DNA from: Eledone cirrhosa
Taxonomy: Eukaryota
Assembly (NCBI GenBank): GCA_964016885.1
Contig: OZ024748.1
Coordinates: 59,706,001-59,770,000 of the forward strand
Direction: 5' to 3'
DNA: 64,000 nt
Positions 40,215 to 53,870 of this stretch are shown here, one piece after another. Numbering within the stretch: the stretch's first letter is position 1; every line of letters begins with the position of its first letter. Position numbers and translations under genes: made by a program. The notes beneath the pieces are model-generated. The model had not been told where the DNA came from, ran no database searches, and worked only from the letters and a program-made list of their open reading frames with translations.

Positions 40215-42585
40215 AATAACTGCAGCAGCAGTAACAGCAGCAGTAGTAGTATCAGCAACAACATCAGCAACAACAGTAGCAGCAACGGCAGCAACAGTAG
40301 CAGCAACGGCAGCAACAGTAGCAGCAACGGCTACTACGGCAACAACAACAGACACAACAGCAACTATAACAACAATTGCTACACCACCATCAACACTAGA
40401 ATCACCAACACGACCAGCAGCAGCAGCATCACGACAATCACCATCATCACCAGCAGAAGCACCAACACTATTACCACCAGCACCACCACCACCAACACCA
40501 GCACCACCACCACCAACACCAGCACCACCACCAACACCAGCACCACCACCAACACTATCACCACCACCAACACTATCACCACCACCACCAACACTATCAC
40601 CACCACCAACACCAACACTATTACCACCACCACCACCAACACTATCACCACCACCAACACCAACACCAGCACCACCACCAACACTATCACCACCACCACC
40701 ACCAACACCAGCACCACCACCAACACTATCACCACCACCAACACTATCACCACCACCACCAACACCAGCACCAACACCAACACCAGCACCACCACCAACA
40801 CTATCACCACCACCACCACCAACACCACCACCACCACCAACACCAGCACCACCACCAACACTATCACCACCACCAACACTATCACCACCACCACCACCAC
40901 CAACACCAGCACCAACACCAACACCAGCACCACCACCAACACTATCACCACCACCACCACCAACACCAGCACCACCACCAACACTATCACCACCACCAAC
41001 ACTATCACCACCACCACCACCACCAACACCAGCACCAACACCAACACCAGCACCACCACCAACACTATCACCACCACCACCACCAACACCAGCACCACCA
41101 CCAACACTATCACCACCACCAACACTATCACCACCACCACCACCACCAACACCAGCACCACCACCAACACTATCACCACCACCAACACCAGCACCACCAC
41201 CAACACTATCACCAACACCAACACCAGCACCACCACCACCAACACCAGCACCACCACCAACACTATTACCACCACCAACACCAGCACCACCACCACCAAC
41301 ACCAGCACCACCACCAACACTATCACCACCACCAACACCAACACTATTACCCACACCACCACCAACACCAACACTATTACCAACACCACCACCAACACTA
41401 TCACCACAACCAACAACAGTTGCTACGACATCAGCAACAACTGTAACCTCAACACCCACAACAACAAGAATTACAACAGTTACAAAAACAACAACAACAA
41501 CAGTCACCATAACGACAGACAGCAACAATAACAACAGCCACAACGATAGTAACAATAGCGACGACGACGACAACAGCCACAATAACAATAACAACAGCAG
41601 CCATGATAACAACCACAACAAAATACAACTGCAGCAACAATAACAGCCACGATAACAATAACAACAACAACAGCCATGATAACAACAACAATAACAATAA
41701 CAACACAAATAACAATAACAACACCAATAACAATAATAATAACAACAATAATAACAATAACAACTATAATAACAATAACAACAGCTACAACTACAACAGC
41801 CACAATAACAATAACTAAACTACAACAATAACTACAACAATAATAACAGCAGCAATAACTACAACAATAATAGCAATAACTACAACTATAACAGCAATAA
41901 CTACAATAACAGCAATAACTACAACTATAACAGCAATAACTACAACAATAACAGCAATAACTACAACTATAACAACAGCAATAACTACGACTATAACAAC
42001 AGCAATAACTACAACAATAACAGCAATAACTACAACTATAACAACAGCAATAACTACGACTATAACAACAGCAATAACTACAACAATAACAGCAATAACT
42101 ACAACTATAACAACAGCAATAACTACGACTATAACAACAGCAATAACTACAACAATAACAGCAATAACTACAACTATAACAACAGCAATAACTACGACTA
42201 TAACAACAGCAATAACTACAACAATAACAGCAATAACTACGACTATAACAACAGCAATAACTACAACAATAACAGCAATAACTACAACTATAACAACAGC
42301 AATAACTACGACTATAACAACAGCAATAACTACGACTATAACAACAGTAATAACTACGACTATAACAACAGCAATAACTACAACAATAACAGCAATAACT
42401 ACGACTATAACAACAGCAATAACTACAACAATAACAGCAATAACTACAATAACAGCAATAACTACAACAATAACAACAGCAATAACTACAACAATAACAG
42501 CAATAACTACAACTATAACAACAGCAATAACTACAACAATAACAGCAATAACTACAACAACAACAGCAATAACTACAACAATAAT
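40215..42585. repeat. Compound trinucleotide low-complexity block (ACC/AAC/AAT); similar blocks at 9165-10335, 16255-16965, 29540-30775, 44840-45450 and 53445-53725
   Basis: Directly visible trinucleotide-based higher-order repeats. Confidence 0.93.
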
Positions 42586-43107
42586 ATAACAAAATGTTTT
42601 AATTTGTCTTCAATTTCCATTAATTCATATTTCCATTTATTATTTTCTATCTGCTGTCAATGGAAGGAGCGACTATATGTTGAAATGTCTGGCGGTGGAG
42701 GTGGTGGTGGTGAGGAGGGTGGTGTGTGGTGGCGGTGGAGGTGGTGGTGAGGAGGGAGGTGTGGTTAGGAGGAGGAGGTGTGGTGGTAAAGAGGGAGGGG
42801 TGTGTGGCGAGAAAGAGGGAGGTGTGTGGTGAGGAGAAAGAAGAGAGAAAGGTTCTACTGAAGAGGATGCGTTGAGGGTGAGGAGTGGTTGAGGAAGAGA
42901 GGTAAAGGGAGAGAAAGAAGGGGAGGTAATATCAGCTCTTATAGACGTAAGGTAATTTAAAATGGAGGTCATAAGTAACAAAAAGTATAGAGATTTAGCC
43001 AACACTGTGTGTAAGTGTGTGTGTGTGTGTGTGTGTGTCCCTGTGTAGTTGTTTCCACCTGTCACACAGACATACACACAAATTGGCTCGCACACGTACG
43101 CACACAC

Positions 43108-43139
<32 letters not shown>

Positions 43140-43273
43140 GCATTCATGCATCCATCCATACATACATAGTATGATAACATTCAATTGTCGCAAGTTATCT
43201 CTCTCTAAGCCCCTCTCTCTACACACACATCCCCCTGTCTCTCTCTACACACATACTGTCCTCTCCATCACTA

Positions 43274-43363
<90 letters not shown>

Positions 43364-43509
43364 TTCAAGAATAAGCAGGACAAACAGAGATGGAAATATA
43401 TATTATACAAAATGGGGAACAAATACAGAAAGGGAAAAGGAGGACAACTAGAAACTAGGAAACAAGAATTATATGGACAGTTAGAAGGAACGAAGAAACA
43501 GAGTCAGTG

Positions 43510-44175
43510 AAACAAGGAACATTGCAGGGGGACAGGGAAATAAACAGTTTCTTCATCTCTTCCTTTCTTCACCCACTTATTCTTAAGAGGTTCGTTAGGG
43601 CAGAGTACTCAAACACTCTCTCCAGCGGGTCTTGTCAGAAGCAACCGTCTCCAACTGATCTGGACAATATGGTATGTATATTTTATTGTTCTTGTCTCAC
43701 AGAAACAATAAACATTGCAGGGAGGCAGGGAAATGAACAGAACTTCTTCTTCACCCATTTATTCCTGAGAGGGTCGTTGGAGCAGAGTCCTCAAACACAC
43801 TCTCCAGTGGCTCCTGTTAGAAGCAACATCACCAACTGATCTGGACAGTATGGTATGTGTTTTTTATTGTTCTTGTCTCAGAGAAACAAGGAACATTTCA
43901 GGGAGACAACCTTCAATTCTTGGTCCATCAACTTGATGTCCCTGTAGTTTCCTCTGACTAATGTGACTCATTTTCTATTGAAGCAGTTTATGGGGCTACT
44001 GCACCATTCTGTATTACATGGTTTACAATACAGATGGTTAAGGTGTGACCCACCATCCCAGACGTTTTCAGCATCTCAGCAGCTATCCTAGATGGTCTAG
44101 CTGGACAATGTGGTATGTGTTTGTTATTGTTCTTGTTCTTGTCTCAAAGAAGCAAGAAACATTGCAGGGAGACAG
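43510..44175. repeat. ~180-190 bp tandem duplication plus a partial third copy
   Basis: Repeated GAAACAA..ACATTGCAGGG..CAACTGATCTGGACA..TGGTATGT..TTATTGTTCTTGTCTCA. Confidence 0.75.
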
Positions 44176-44289
44176 GCAAACGAACAAAGATAAGGAAACT
44201 TGGAACCTCCCATCAGCTACACATCGTTGTATATCAATTTAACGATAGGTTGTTTTTAATAAATTTAAGACAGTTTGTTTAATGAATAT

Positions 44290-44826
44290 ACTTTGCCGGT
44301 GATGACTTAAGTGAGACGTGGGCACTCAACACTACCACCTCAGAGACTCTTACGAGGGCTGTCTGAAAAGTTTAAAGACTCAAATGGTCACAGGCTGACC
44401 AAGATACTCTCATGGATTGACCAAATGAAATTTACTTTTCAACTTAGTCCCTGGAAACAAACAATGCAGTGATTAATAAGAGGAGTTGAAATTTATGCAT
44501 GTAAGATTTCATAGCCTCAGCATCACTCCTTCATAGTCAGCCTATGAACTGTTTAGCCGATCCTCGTACAGTGGACTAACGTAAAATAGAACGAATCATG
44601 CTCGGCGCCACCTTATATGGCAGGAAGAGCAACACTTGGATTTGACAGTAGATTGGCGTGAAGGACATAAGTGAGAGAATTAAGAAGGGCAAACATAGAT
44701 GGACTGGACATATCTCTCGTGTCAAAGACAAGAGGTGGACAATGGAGGTGACAGTGGACATAGATGGACTGGACATGTCTCTCGTGTGAAAGACAAGAGG
44801 TGGACAATGGAGGTGACAGTGGACAC
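44290..44826 (+). pseudogene. Decayed RTE-type RT C-terminal fragment
   Basis: LPVMT..SETWAL.., then the MITE, then ..IERIMLG..NTWI..GVKDISERIKKGKHRWTGHISRVKDKRWT, with stops. ~65-bp tandem duplication at the end. Confidence 0.7.
44353..44566. mobile_element. Mariner-like MITE inserted at a TA in an RTE relic
   Basis: TA-CGAGGGCTGTCTGAAAAGTT ... AACTGTTTAGCCGATCCTCG-TA. The body is homologous to 17636-18138 and to 57902-57947/58233-58290. Confidence 0.75.
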
Positions 44827-45618
44827 CATGGCAGTGGAGAGGAATAACAACAGCGTCAACATCAGCAACAACAGCAGCATCATTAACACCACTACCACCA
44901 CCACCAGTAACAAGAGCATCAACACCATCAACTACATCATCATCAGTAACAGCAATAGCACCATTAACACCACTGCCACCACTACCAACAACAGCATCAT
45001 CAACACCACAACCAATACCGCCACCACCATCAATAACAACGGCTGCAGCAGCACCATCAACAAGAGCATTATCAGCACCACCACCATCACCACCACCACC
45101 ACCAACACCACCACCACCACCACCACCACCACCACCATCACCACCACCACCACCACCACCAACACCACCACCACCACCACCACCACCAACACCACCACCA
45201 CCACCACCACCACCACCAACACCACCACCACCAACACCACCACCACCACCACCACCAACACCACCACCACCACCACCAACACCACCACCACCACCACCAA
45301 CACCAACACCACCAACACCACCACCACCACCAACACCACCACCACCAACACCACCACCACCACCAACACCACCACCAACACCACCACCACCAACACCACC
45401 ACCACCACCACCAACACCACCAACACCACCACCACCACCACCACCAACAAAGTGGCAATATGCTATATAAATAATTTCAAGATAAGGAGAAATTGAATCA
45501 GTGGATTAAATAATATTGTTGGTGAGTTTATTTCTGAAGCACCCTGTTGACGTTTCTGGATGAAGTGGGCTGGGAGATGGGAACATCATTAAAATAGTAC
45601 ACCTCATCCTCCTCTCTA

Positions 45619-45701
<83 letters not shown>

Positions 45702-45804
45702 TGTGTATATAAATACACACACACACATATATATGTATACACGCACATATGTATATATATATATATACACACACACACACATATATATATATGTATACAC
45801 ACAC

Positions 45805-45849
<45 letters not shown>

Positions 45850-45874
45850 TATATACACATGTATATGTATATAT

Positions 45875-45908
<34 letters not shown>

Positions 45909-46142
45909 GTATATGTATATATACACACATACACATATATATATATATATATATATGTATATGTATATATACACACATACACATATATATATATATATAT
46001 ATATACACATGTATATGTATATATACACACATACATATATATATATATATATACACACATGTATATGTATATATACACACATACATATATATATATATAC
46101 ACATGTATATATATTTATGTACGTATGCATGTATATACGTAC

Positions 46143-46173
<31 letters not shown>

Positions 46174-46205
46174 TCTTTATATCTTCCTCTTTCCCTGCTC
46201 ACAGT

Positions 46206-46238
<33 letters not shown>

Positions 46239-46313
46239 GTATATATATATGTGTGTGTGTAGACATGTGTATATATATATATTTACATCACCACCGCACA
46301 CATACATACACAC

Positions 46314-46363
<50 letters not shown>

Positions 46364-47597
46364 ATGTCTCTTTTCCCTCTCTTGGTCAATCACAGTATTC
46401 CCATTCTCTTTCCCCCTCACACCCCTCTCTCTCCCCCGCACCCCTCTCTCCCCTCACTCCCCCGCACCCCCTACCCCCCCGCTTAACCCCTCCTCCTCCC
46501 CCGCACACCCCTTCTCATCTCTCTCTCTCACCCCTATCTCTGTCACCCCTCACTCCCTCTACCCCCCCCCAGTTAAATTTAACATTCAACAGTGGAGCGC
46601 TCAATGATGGCAGAAGGCTTTAATCAGATTCTCCACGCATGGAACATTGGAGGTGTCTTTGTTTCTATTTATATTTTCTATCTGACAATTTCTCTTTTAG
46701 ATGATGTAATTTCATTATTTCTACGTTTATTGCAGTTCTTCTTACCTTCCATAACAATAATGGTATAAAATACAGGACATTAAATGATGAATTAAGCTAA
46801 TCGCTCTAAGATGGCAGCTGAGATCTATTTTTACGCTTTTTAAATTGAGCGGAAATGTGTTGTGTTAGAAAGAATGTGAAAATACAGTTTTTCACACATA
46901 TCGTCCTTTACTGTAAAGTTTCGTTGGTTAATAAACGAGGGAAAAATGACAGTTAAATAAAGCTTGTACACCCATAAAAAAGGTCTAAAATGTATACTAT
47001 ATATATATATATATAGTATATACTTTAGACATTTTTATGGGTGTACAAGCTTTATTTAATATATATAGTTTACTCTTATCTTGCCTGAACTGCACGCACT
47101 ACAGAAAAACTATACAATCCATAATATATATACATATATATGTGTGTGTATACATATTTATATAAACCTATATATATGTATATATGTATACAATTATATA
47201 CATACATACATACATACATACATACACAACCACATGTATATATAGATAGATATATTTCTATATATTGGGGACAGCTTTTTATTTGAAGACAATTGTTTTC
47301 AAATGTTTTCAAATTTTAACTTTCTTTTTTTTTTTTTAGGATGTTCTCGTATTTTCTTAAAAGTCCTTTACTGTTCGTTTGCATTATAAATTGTGACATA
47401 GAGCTGCAATTGTGGCTGTGTTGTTAAACAGTTAACTTCGCAACGACGAGATTTCGGGTTCAGTCCCCTCGGAACGTTGCCGAAAGTGTCTTTTAATCCT
47501 ACTAAAACCTCGGGTTGATCCATATTCTTTGTAAATGTAAATTCCTTGAACTGTTTGTGTATATGTGCTTAAACCAGAAACCATTATTTGGAGGCGG

Positions 47598-47850
47598 TGG
47601 GTTGGCAGTGTTGATACAGCGTCGGACAAATTGCTTCGGGGCATCCTTACGGGGTCGATAAAATAAAGTACCAGTAATACACTTTAATATTACTGGACTT
47701 GTGCCTAAATCAGAAAGCAATGTTATTAGCAAAGTCGTTAGAGCGTTGCACAACATGTTTTGTGGCATATTGTTACGTCCCTTTACGTTCAGGGTTCTAA
47801 TCCCGCCGAGGTTAGCTTAGCCTTTCATCCTTACCGGGTCGATAAAATAA
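47598..47850 (+). mobile_element. Two degenerate SINE copies (dominant family)
   Basis: CATCCTTACGGGGTCGATAAAATAAAGTACCAG and CCCGCCGAGGTTAGCTTAGCCTTTCATCC. Confidence 0.7.
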
Positions 47851-47969
47851 TATATATATATGCATATTAGAAGTCGATCGACTTTCCTCAAATCGTACCG
47901 AGGAAACAATGTTTCCATTGGTTTTTCCAATTGCTAATACTATCTATCCGTCGCAACTCCAGGTAGAAG

Positions 47970-48084
47970 GAGCAACATGAAATGGAGTGTCTTGCCCAAG
48001 AACATAACGCATCGCCTGGTCCGAGAATAGAACTCATAACCTTACGATTGCGAATCCAATTCTCTAACCACTCAGCCACGCACC
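47970..48084 (-). mobile_element. Second tRNA-derived SINE family (head region); related heads at ~3630-3695 and ~47410-47490 (+)
   Basis: Minus strand: TGGCTGAGTGGTTAG (A box), GAGTTCTATTC (B box), then CTTGGGCAAGACACT. Confidence 0.65.
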
Positions 48085-48167
48085 TTCTCTCTCTCTCTCT
48101 CTTTCTGTCTCTCTGTCTCTCTCTCTCTCTCTGTCTCTGTCTCTCTCTGTCTCTCTCTCTCTCTGTT

Positions 48168-48243
<76 letters not shown>

Positions 48244-48732
48244 ATGTTTTGACTGCTGTTTCTTGTAAACAGACATTCGTCTCATTCTGACGTCATTAGC
48301 TTCGTTCTCCCTGTGTGTTATTTTCATAATTCCACACGAGGTCTACTAGCCTGCTTTTAAATTCCCTTTCTGGCATATTTTAGCAGTGGATTTTGGTTTT
48401 CGTGTTGAGCTCTACTGATGAATGGTTCCAACCGTGACTAACTACACTGAAAAGTTTCGTGAAATAGTCTTTTTTAGACTATATAGATCATTTGTAGTTT
48501 TTCCAAATTGAAGGATGAGTATTTAACCTTAATTTATTCTGAGTTAAGACTCTATTGGTTTTTCCCTGGATTTCACAAAATCTGGGGATCAAATTTCTGT
48601 CTTGACTTTTTTTTAAAAATTGAGTTTGAATTATTTTCCCATATCTTACGTTAAATATTTTCCATCTTGACGTTATAGTCACTTATATATTATGAAATAC
48701 TGCTGGTTTCTTGTTCACATTAATTTCTCTAT

Positions 48733-48788
<56 letters not shown>

Positions 48789-48854
48789 CATATTCTCTCC
48801 AACCGGTAAGATATGATTTTCATGGGTATGTCTCTATTTATAAAACAAACTTTG

Positions 48855-48919
48855 TATTTTATCTGATGAAAGCGTACCAATGTTGTCTTGGTCACCCTTG
48901 AAATATATATAATAAAATA
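48855..48919 (+). ncRNA. Minimal type-I hammerhead ribozyme motif (family A)
   Basis: Perfect helix I TATTTTAT/ATAAAATA, CTGATGA at 48863-48869, helix II AAG..ACCAA/TTGGT..CTT, then GAAA-TATATA-TA. Confidence 0.8.
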
Positions 48920-49053
48920 AATATGTTTTTATAAATATAGTTTCCATTTATTTAATATCATTGAATATTTACTCCATTTTCTGTTGAGTGCTTTAAATCA
49001 GTTAATAAGCATTTATATTTGTCGGACTTGCAACAAATTAAATACCACTTCTA

Positions 49054-49089
<36 letters not shown>

Positions 49090-49092
<3 letters not shown>

Positions 49093-49283
49093 CAAAGAAG
49101 GTGTGGTAAGAAACAAGGTGGACCATAAAGCCCCAGAGTACTCGATACTTAGGGAAGTAGAGTGGGTAATAGGAAAAAAATCAGGAATCCGACGGCTGAG
49201 CTCTGGCCGCTTCGGCAGCTACTAGTTCCGATCTAGCTGTCGAAACGACCGGAGCTCAGCCGTTGGGGTCCTGACTCTTTTCA
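49090..49283. mobile_element. Short hairpin-forming dispersed element; copies at 7145-7287 and partly at 61795-61835
   Basis: Shared AACAAAGAAGGTGTGGTAAG...TCAGGA...GGGGTCCTGACTCTTTTC. Long imperfect hairpin at 49181-49274. (TA)n flanks. Confidence 0.7.
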
Positions 49284-49320
49284 TATATATATATAAAACA
49301 CACACACATACATACATATA

Positions 49321-49708
49321 CATTGAAAACGTGTTCTGTTGTGGAGATCAGCTGCCCACTTGATGTAAACGTTGTCAGAAAAATACAGAAGAAGGTCATT
49401 TACGGACCATTGATGAGGAGTTTACAAATCCAGTATCCAATATACTCCTTTAGCTTCATACCCATCATTATTGGAGCTACGGGTTATATACCAACTCGCT
49501 TGGACCAATGTATAACTGAACTTGGATTTGCGGACAAAGAGCGCAGCTCCCTAATTCATAGTCTACAAATGGCTGCGATAGCTGGCACCTTCAAAATTTG
49601 CAAAACATTCTTGCGATTCAAGGGATGACAATTTCTTTTCTTTTACAACCTTGCCACCAGGAAGGTGGCCGGTCAAAAATATACTCGAAATTAAGAGAAA
49701 GAGAGAAC
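49321..49708 (+). mobile_element. Second, shorter copy of the same RLE retrotransposon
   Basis: The 101-aa ORF is nearly identical to the C-terminus of 33117..33629. Same 3'UTR, ending AAC-ATATA. Confidence 0.85.
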
Positions 49709-50361
49709 ATATATACATATGATATGACACGGATAAGAATCCTTTGAGGATTCGTTGAATTTAAATGTCACAGAGAATTTTCAGAAATATTTCCAACCAT
49801 TATTAATATTAGTTTTGCCATATTTTCTACGAGCGGAACTGTTATTCCAGCTCCAAAAACGTCTGCAAACTTTAAATTTCAGCTTTGAAGGTTATCTTGA
49901 AATAACACTATTAAATTCTTGAATAAATTAAAATAAAAACACACACAAAACACAACAAAAATAAAAGGAAGAAAAAACAATGCAATTTTGTTGTTTTAAG
50001 TAAACAACGAAAATACATTAGACTAAAGTGAGATAGAAATTTATATTTATATAAATGTTAAAAGTTAATTTAAGATTAAATTTTCAATGTATGATTTGTT
50101 TGTTTGTGTGTTTTTCTTTTCTTTTTCTTTTCTTTTTCTTTTCTTTTCTTTTATTTCTTTGTAAATATAATTATTTCTCAGATTTATATTATTTTTTAGA
50201 GAAAAAAAAAATATATATATTAGTAAATGGCGGGATAAAGTATATTTATACACACATACACACGTGTACACACACACACCAACACACACGCTTGTATAAT
50301 ATATATATATAAATAAAAATAACAGGAGGCTGGACTGTTGTAAATTCTTGAAAGGTTTATT

Positions 50362-50419
50362 ATACTTTGATCATTTCAATGACCGGGTTCCATATGAATC
50401 CGGTGATATCATCAGGTAT
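50362..50419 (-). ncRNA. Degenerate hammerhead-like motif
   Basis: Minus strand reads ATAC CTGATGA ..ACCGG..CCGGT.. GAAA TGATCA AA GTAT, then AATAAA. U16.1 is replaced by A. Confidence 0.45.
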
Positions 50420-50572
50420 TCGAAATATAACAAAGGAATTAGAGCAAAGGGGAAATACAATATAGATCAAGTTGTAGTAAAATAATACAGGTTGTACAGA
50501 TAGATATAGAGGATGGAAGAGATGGAATGGTAACAGGTGGTACCTAGTGTAAAGTTCGGGTATATATATATA

Positions 50573-50965
50573 CGAGGGTAATCCCAAAAGTAATGTCTCC
50601 AAAGCGATGGGGACGCTGAGAAACTGTTCGTACGGCTGTTGGCAACACTGTTGTGATTGGTGCTTCCTTCACTCCCAAACAAGCATGCGCGCGCTTCGCT
50701 GGGATACTCAATCTTGGCTTGGCAGCCGTTGAGAATGGAGCTCCCGTTGAACGCTACCGCCAAGTGCGAATTTCGCGCAGTTATTATATAGAGGGCAATC
50801 CCAAAAGTAAGGTCTCCTTCCGAGGAAAACATGCGTAAAGATCGGCGGATCACTCTGGATGCTCTCTGTATTTTGGTTCCTGAGGTTTCCCGAAGCACCA
50901 CCCACAGGATTTTAACGGAAAAGTTGCAATATCGGAAGGAGGCCTTACTTTTGGGATTGCCCTCG
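50573..50965. mobile_element. Mariner-like MITE with an extra internal left TIR at 50791
   Basis: TA-CGAGGGTAATCCCAAAAGTAA ... TTACTTTTGGGATTGCCCTCG-TA. Confidence 0.82.
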
Positions 50966-51639
50966 TATATACGCCGCCCCCCCACACACACCGGATGATG
51001 TGCCCAAGCGCAGAGAAGCTATATAATAGGGAGAAGACCCTTAGAAGACGGAGAAAGGAGTTGCCATTAGCCGCTATGAAACATCGTATATTATCCCCCG
51101 ATGTTACACAATCTATGTTCGCCAGTGTAATATAAGTCCCTATAAATTAAAAGATGTCAAAATAGAAGAGAGACATTCCTCGAATTGTTGAAGAGGATAT
51201 GTATTTAAAAGATCTTTTAAAAGGAATTAATTTATAAATTATAAAGGTTCTGGTTACATTTTTATTTAAAGGTATTCAAACATTTTTCAGTAATAACGAT
51301 TCTTGTCATCTTAACTGACTCATACAAATGATCAAATTTAAGAACTCGTAAACAATAATGTAAAACAAAAAATTTCTCCATTATCGGAACATAACTGATA
51401 TCTTGCTGTTTCGTGTAAGCTACCTACTAGGATAAAAATTATACTATAAAAGATAAACATAATACTGTCATCATGTACTCTAAAATAGTGCTTCCATAAT
51501 TGTGATTAATTAGGAAACTTACAATTGATTATAATACGAATTTTTATAACACAATACATACCTTTAGTAAAAATAATCGGTTGCCAATTAGTCGGTATCG
51601 GCCGAAAAGGCAAGGCCAGTTAAGCGGTGATAAGCTAAT

Positions 51640-52010
51640 TTTCTTAGCAATGCATTCCGAATATATGCACCTATACAGACAGCAATGCACATCCGTGGCT
51701 GTGCAACAAAAAGAAAGATTCGTTTCTGGAGGAATGTGAACGGAGAGGCTGATGGTCGCAGTGATGAGGAAGCGAAAGGTAAAATACTTTGGCATGTTAT
51801 CAGGGCCCAGAACATCTAAACCCACGTCCTGGAAGAACACAACGATGACAGAAGATCCAGAGGAAGACTAATGAGACTTTGGAGAGGTGACGCCAGGGAA
51901 TAGATGGGAAGACCTCTGGTGACATGGGAGAATAATCGGAGACCATTGGTATAATTATCCATGGTCCCCGACCTTCTTCATTAATGAAGATGGAGAAAGA
52001 AGAAGAAGAG
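51640..52010 (+). pseudogene. Decayed RTE/BovB-like 3' end with (GAA)n tail
   Basis: RKRKVKYFG(H)VIRAQNI*THVLEE..RRSRGRLMRLWRGDARE with a frameshift; ends in AGAAGAAGAAG. Confidence 0.6.
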
Positions 52011-52039
52011 TAGCCAAGAATCAAACATGGCTTTTTAAC

Positions 52040-52192
52040 AAGATTTACGACTTTGTATAACATCAATTCCACATTCGGACAAGGTCTAACTTCTTGGAGA
52101 TTTTAATGCACGTGTGGGAAAGGACGACCACATCTGGAGTGTTTGAGGACATTACGGCCTGGGCAAGATGAATGCCAATGGTCTTCTCCTTA
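52040..52192 (+). pseudogene. APE endonuclease fragment of an RTE-like LINE
   Basis: [33 protein letters not shown] aligns with [35 protein letters not shown] in the intact ORF. Confidence 0.75.
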
Positions 52193-52890
52193 TATATGAT
52201 AACAGCCATTTCTTTTAAAGAAAAGGGCCCTATCTTCAACAAAAGAGCGAGTAGTGTGTCCCCGCAAAAGGGCTGCTCAGACGCTCAAGTCGCCGAATCA
52301 TGTAGATGTTCAGGTTAACAATGCAGCAATGTTAGAATAAGACTCGAACCACCCACGTGTAGATTTATGACTATGTACTTCTAACCGGTGGAGCCTGCAC
52401 AGGTTGTCACTCCTCAACCAGTGTGGGAATTGTGAAGAAATATTTGCATATAAAGATGGCAATGCTATGTGCTTGTGCTATACAAATAGCACCCACTCCA
52501 TCTCTGCAGCTATGTGTCCAGTGACAAGTGACAAGTCAAGGCAAGATAACATGACAGATATGAGGATCGCATGTGTTATTGTCATGGAGTTTAACTTCTC
52601 CATATATCCACCTATTTATATCTATCTATCTATATTAGGTCGTCAAGTATGAAACTTGTAGAAATTTGTATTTTTTCTACAAATCTCTACAAATTTCATA
52701 CTTGACGACCCTATATATATATATATATATGGGGATATATATATATATGGGGATATATATATGTCCTCATACATTGAGTACTCCCATGATTAGTGGTCTC
52801 CTCCTCAGTCTCAGCACCACAGAGTCTCTTTCTCTTCTCTCCACCTCACCCGTTTAATCAATCTTTCTATTTCTTTTTATTTCTCATTCT

Positions 52891-52927
52891 TCTTTCTGAT
52901 GAAGGACTCGTTTCTGAAACGTCAAGA
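52891..52927 (+). ncRNA. Minimal hammerhead ribozyme motif (family B, helix II decayed)
   Basis: TCTTT CTGATGA AGGACTCGTTTCT GAAAC GTC AAGA. The next ~75 bp are homologous to 13652-13724. Confidence 0.55.
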
Positions 52928-53057
52928 CACTTTTCCTACTATATCAAGCGTAAAACTAATAACATATTTCTTCACTGTATTGCGTCGTTTGCTTTATTTT
53001 TGTTTGCCTTTTACATGCACACACACACATTATATATATATATGACACACATACATG

Positions 53058-53101
<44 letters not shown>

Positions 53102-53166
53102 CACACATACATGCGTATGTATGTATGTGTGTGTGTCTCTCTCTCTCTTTCTCTCTCTCTCTCTTA

Positions 53167-53216
<50 letters not shown>

Positions 53217-53838
53217 CACACACACACACACACACATCGATGCCTACATGTTTGGTGATCTGCAATAGATTATATGTGGACTTGAAACAGGCTGACTGAT
53301 TCATTGATTGGCTCAAATCAATCATAATCAAACTCCGCCTGCCGTAAATCAATATGATCTGCCCTGATCGATATTTCAATATTGACACCAAAAACGGTGT
53401 GAATTTCAAATACACCTGAGCAAGTGACATCGTTAACATCACCTGTAGTGGTGGTGGTAATAGTAGTGGTTGTAGGTAGTGGTGGTGATGGTCGTTTGGG
53501 TGGTAGTAGTAGTGGTAACAGTAGTAGTAGTGGTAACAGTAGTAGTAGTGGTAGTAGTGGTGGTGCCAGTAGTAGTAGTAGTGGTAGTAGTAGTAGTAGT
53601 GGTGGTAGTGGTGGTGGTAGTGGTGGTGACAGTAGTAGTGGTGGTAGTGGTGGTGCCAGTAGTAGTAGTGGTAATAGTAGTAGTAGTGGTGGTGACAGTA
53701 GTAGTAGTAGTGGTAGTAGAAGTAGTGTTTATCTGTGATGTCAAATGGTTTCATCAATTATCTTGTTCATTGATTTCCATGGAAACGGTTCCATAGTAAC
53801 GAATGATCAATACAATTTGGTAATTCTCTCTCATTTCA

Positions 53839-53870
<32 letters not shown>

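Noticed and set aside
40204-41643. 479-aa Pro/Thr-rich, extensin- or mucin-like ORF
   Set aside because: It is built from ACC/AAC trinucleotide repeats, is open in several frames on both strands, has no domain, and similar blocks occur throughout the window.
45545-45592. Minus-strand GAAACGTC followed by AATAAA
   Set aside because: No CUGANGA upstream; at most a truncated relic.
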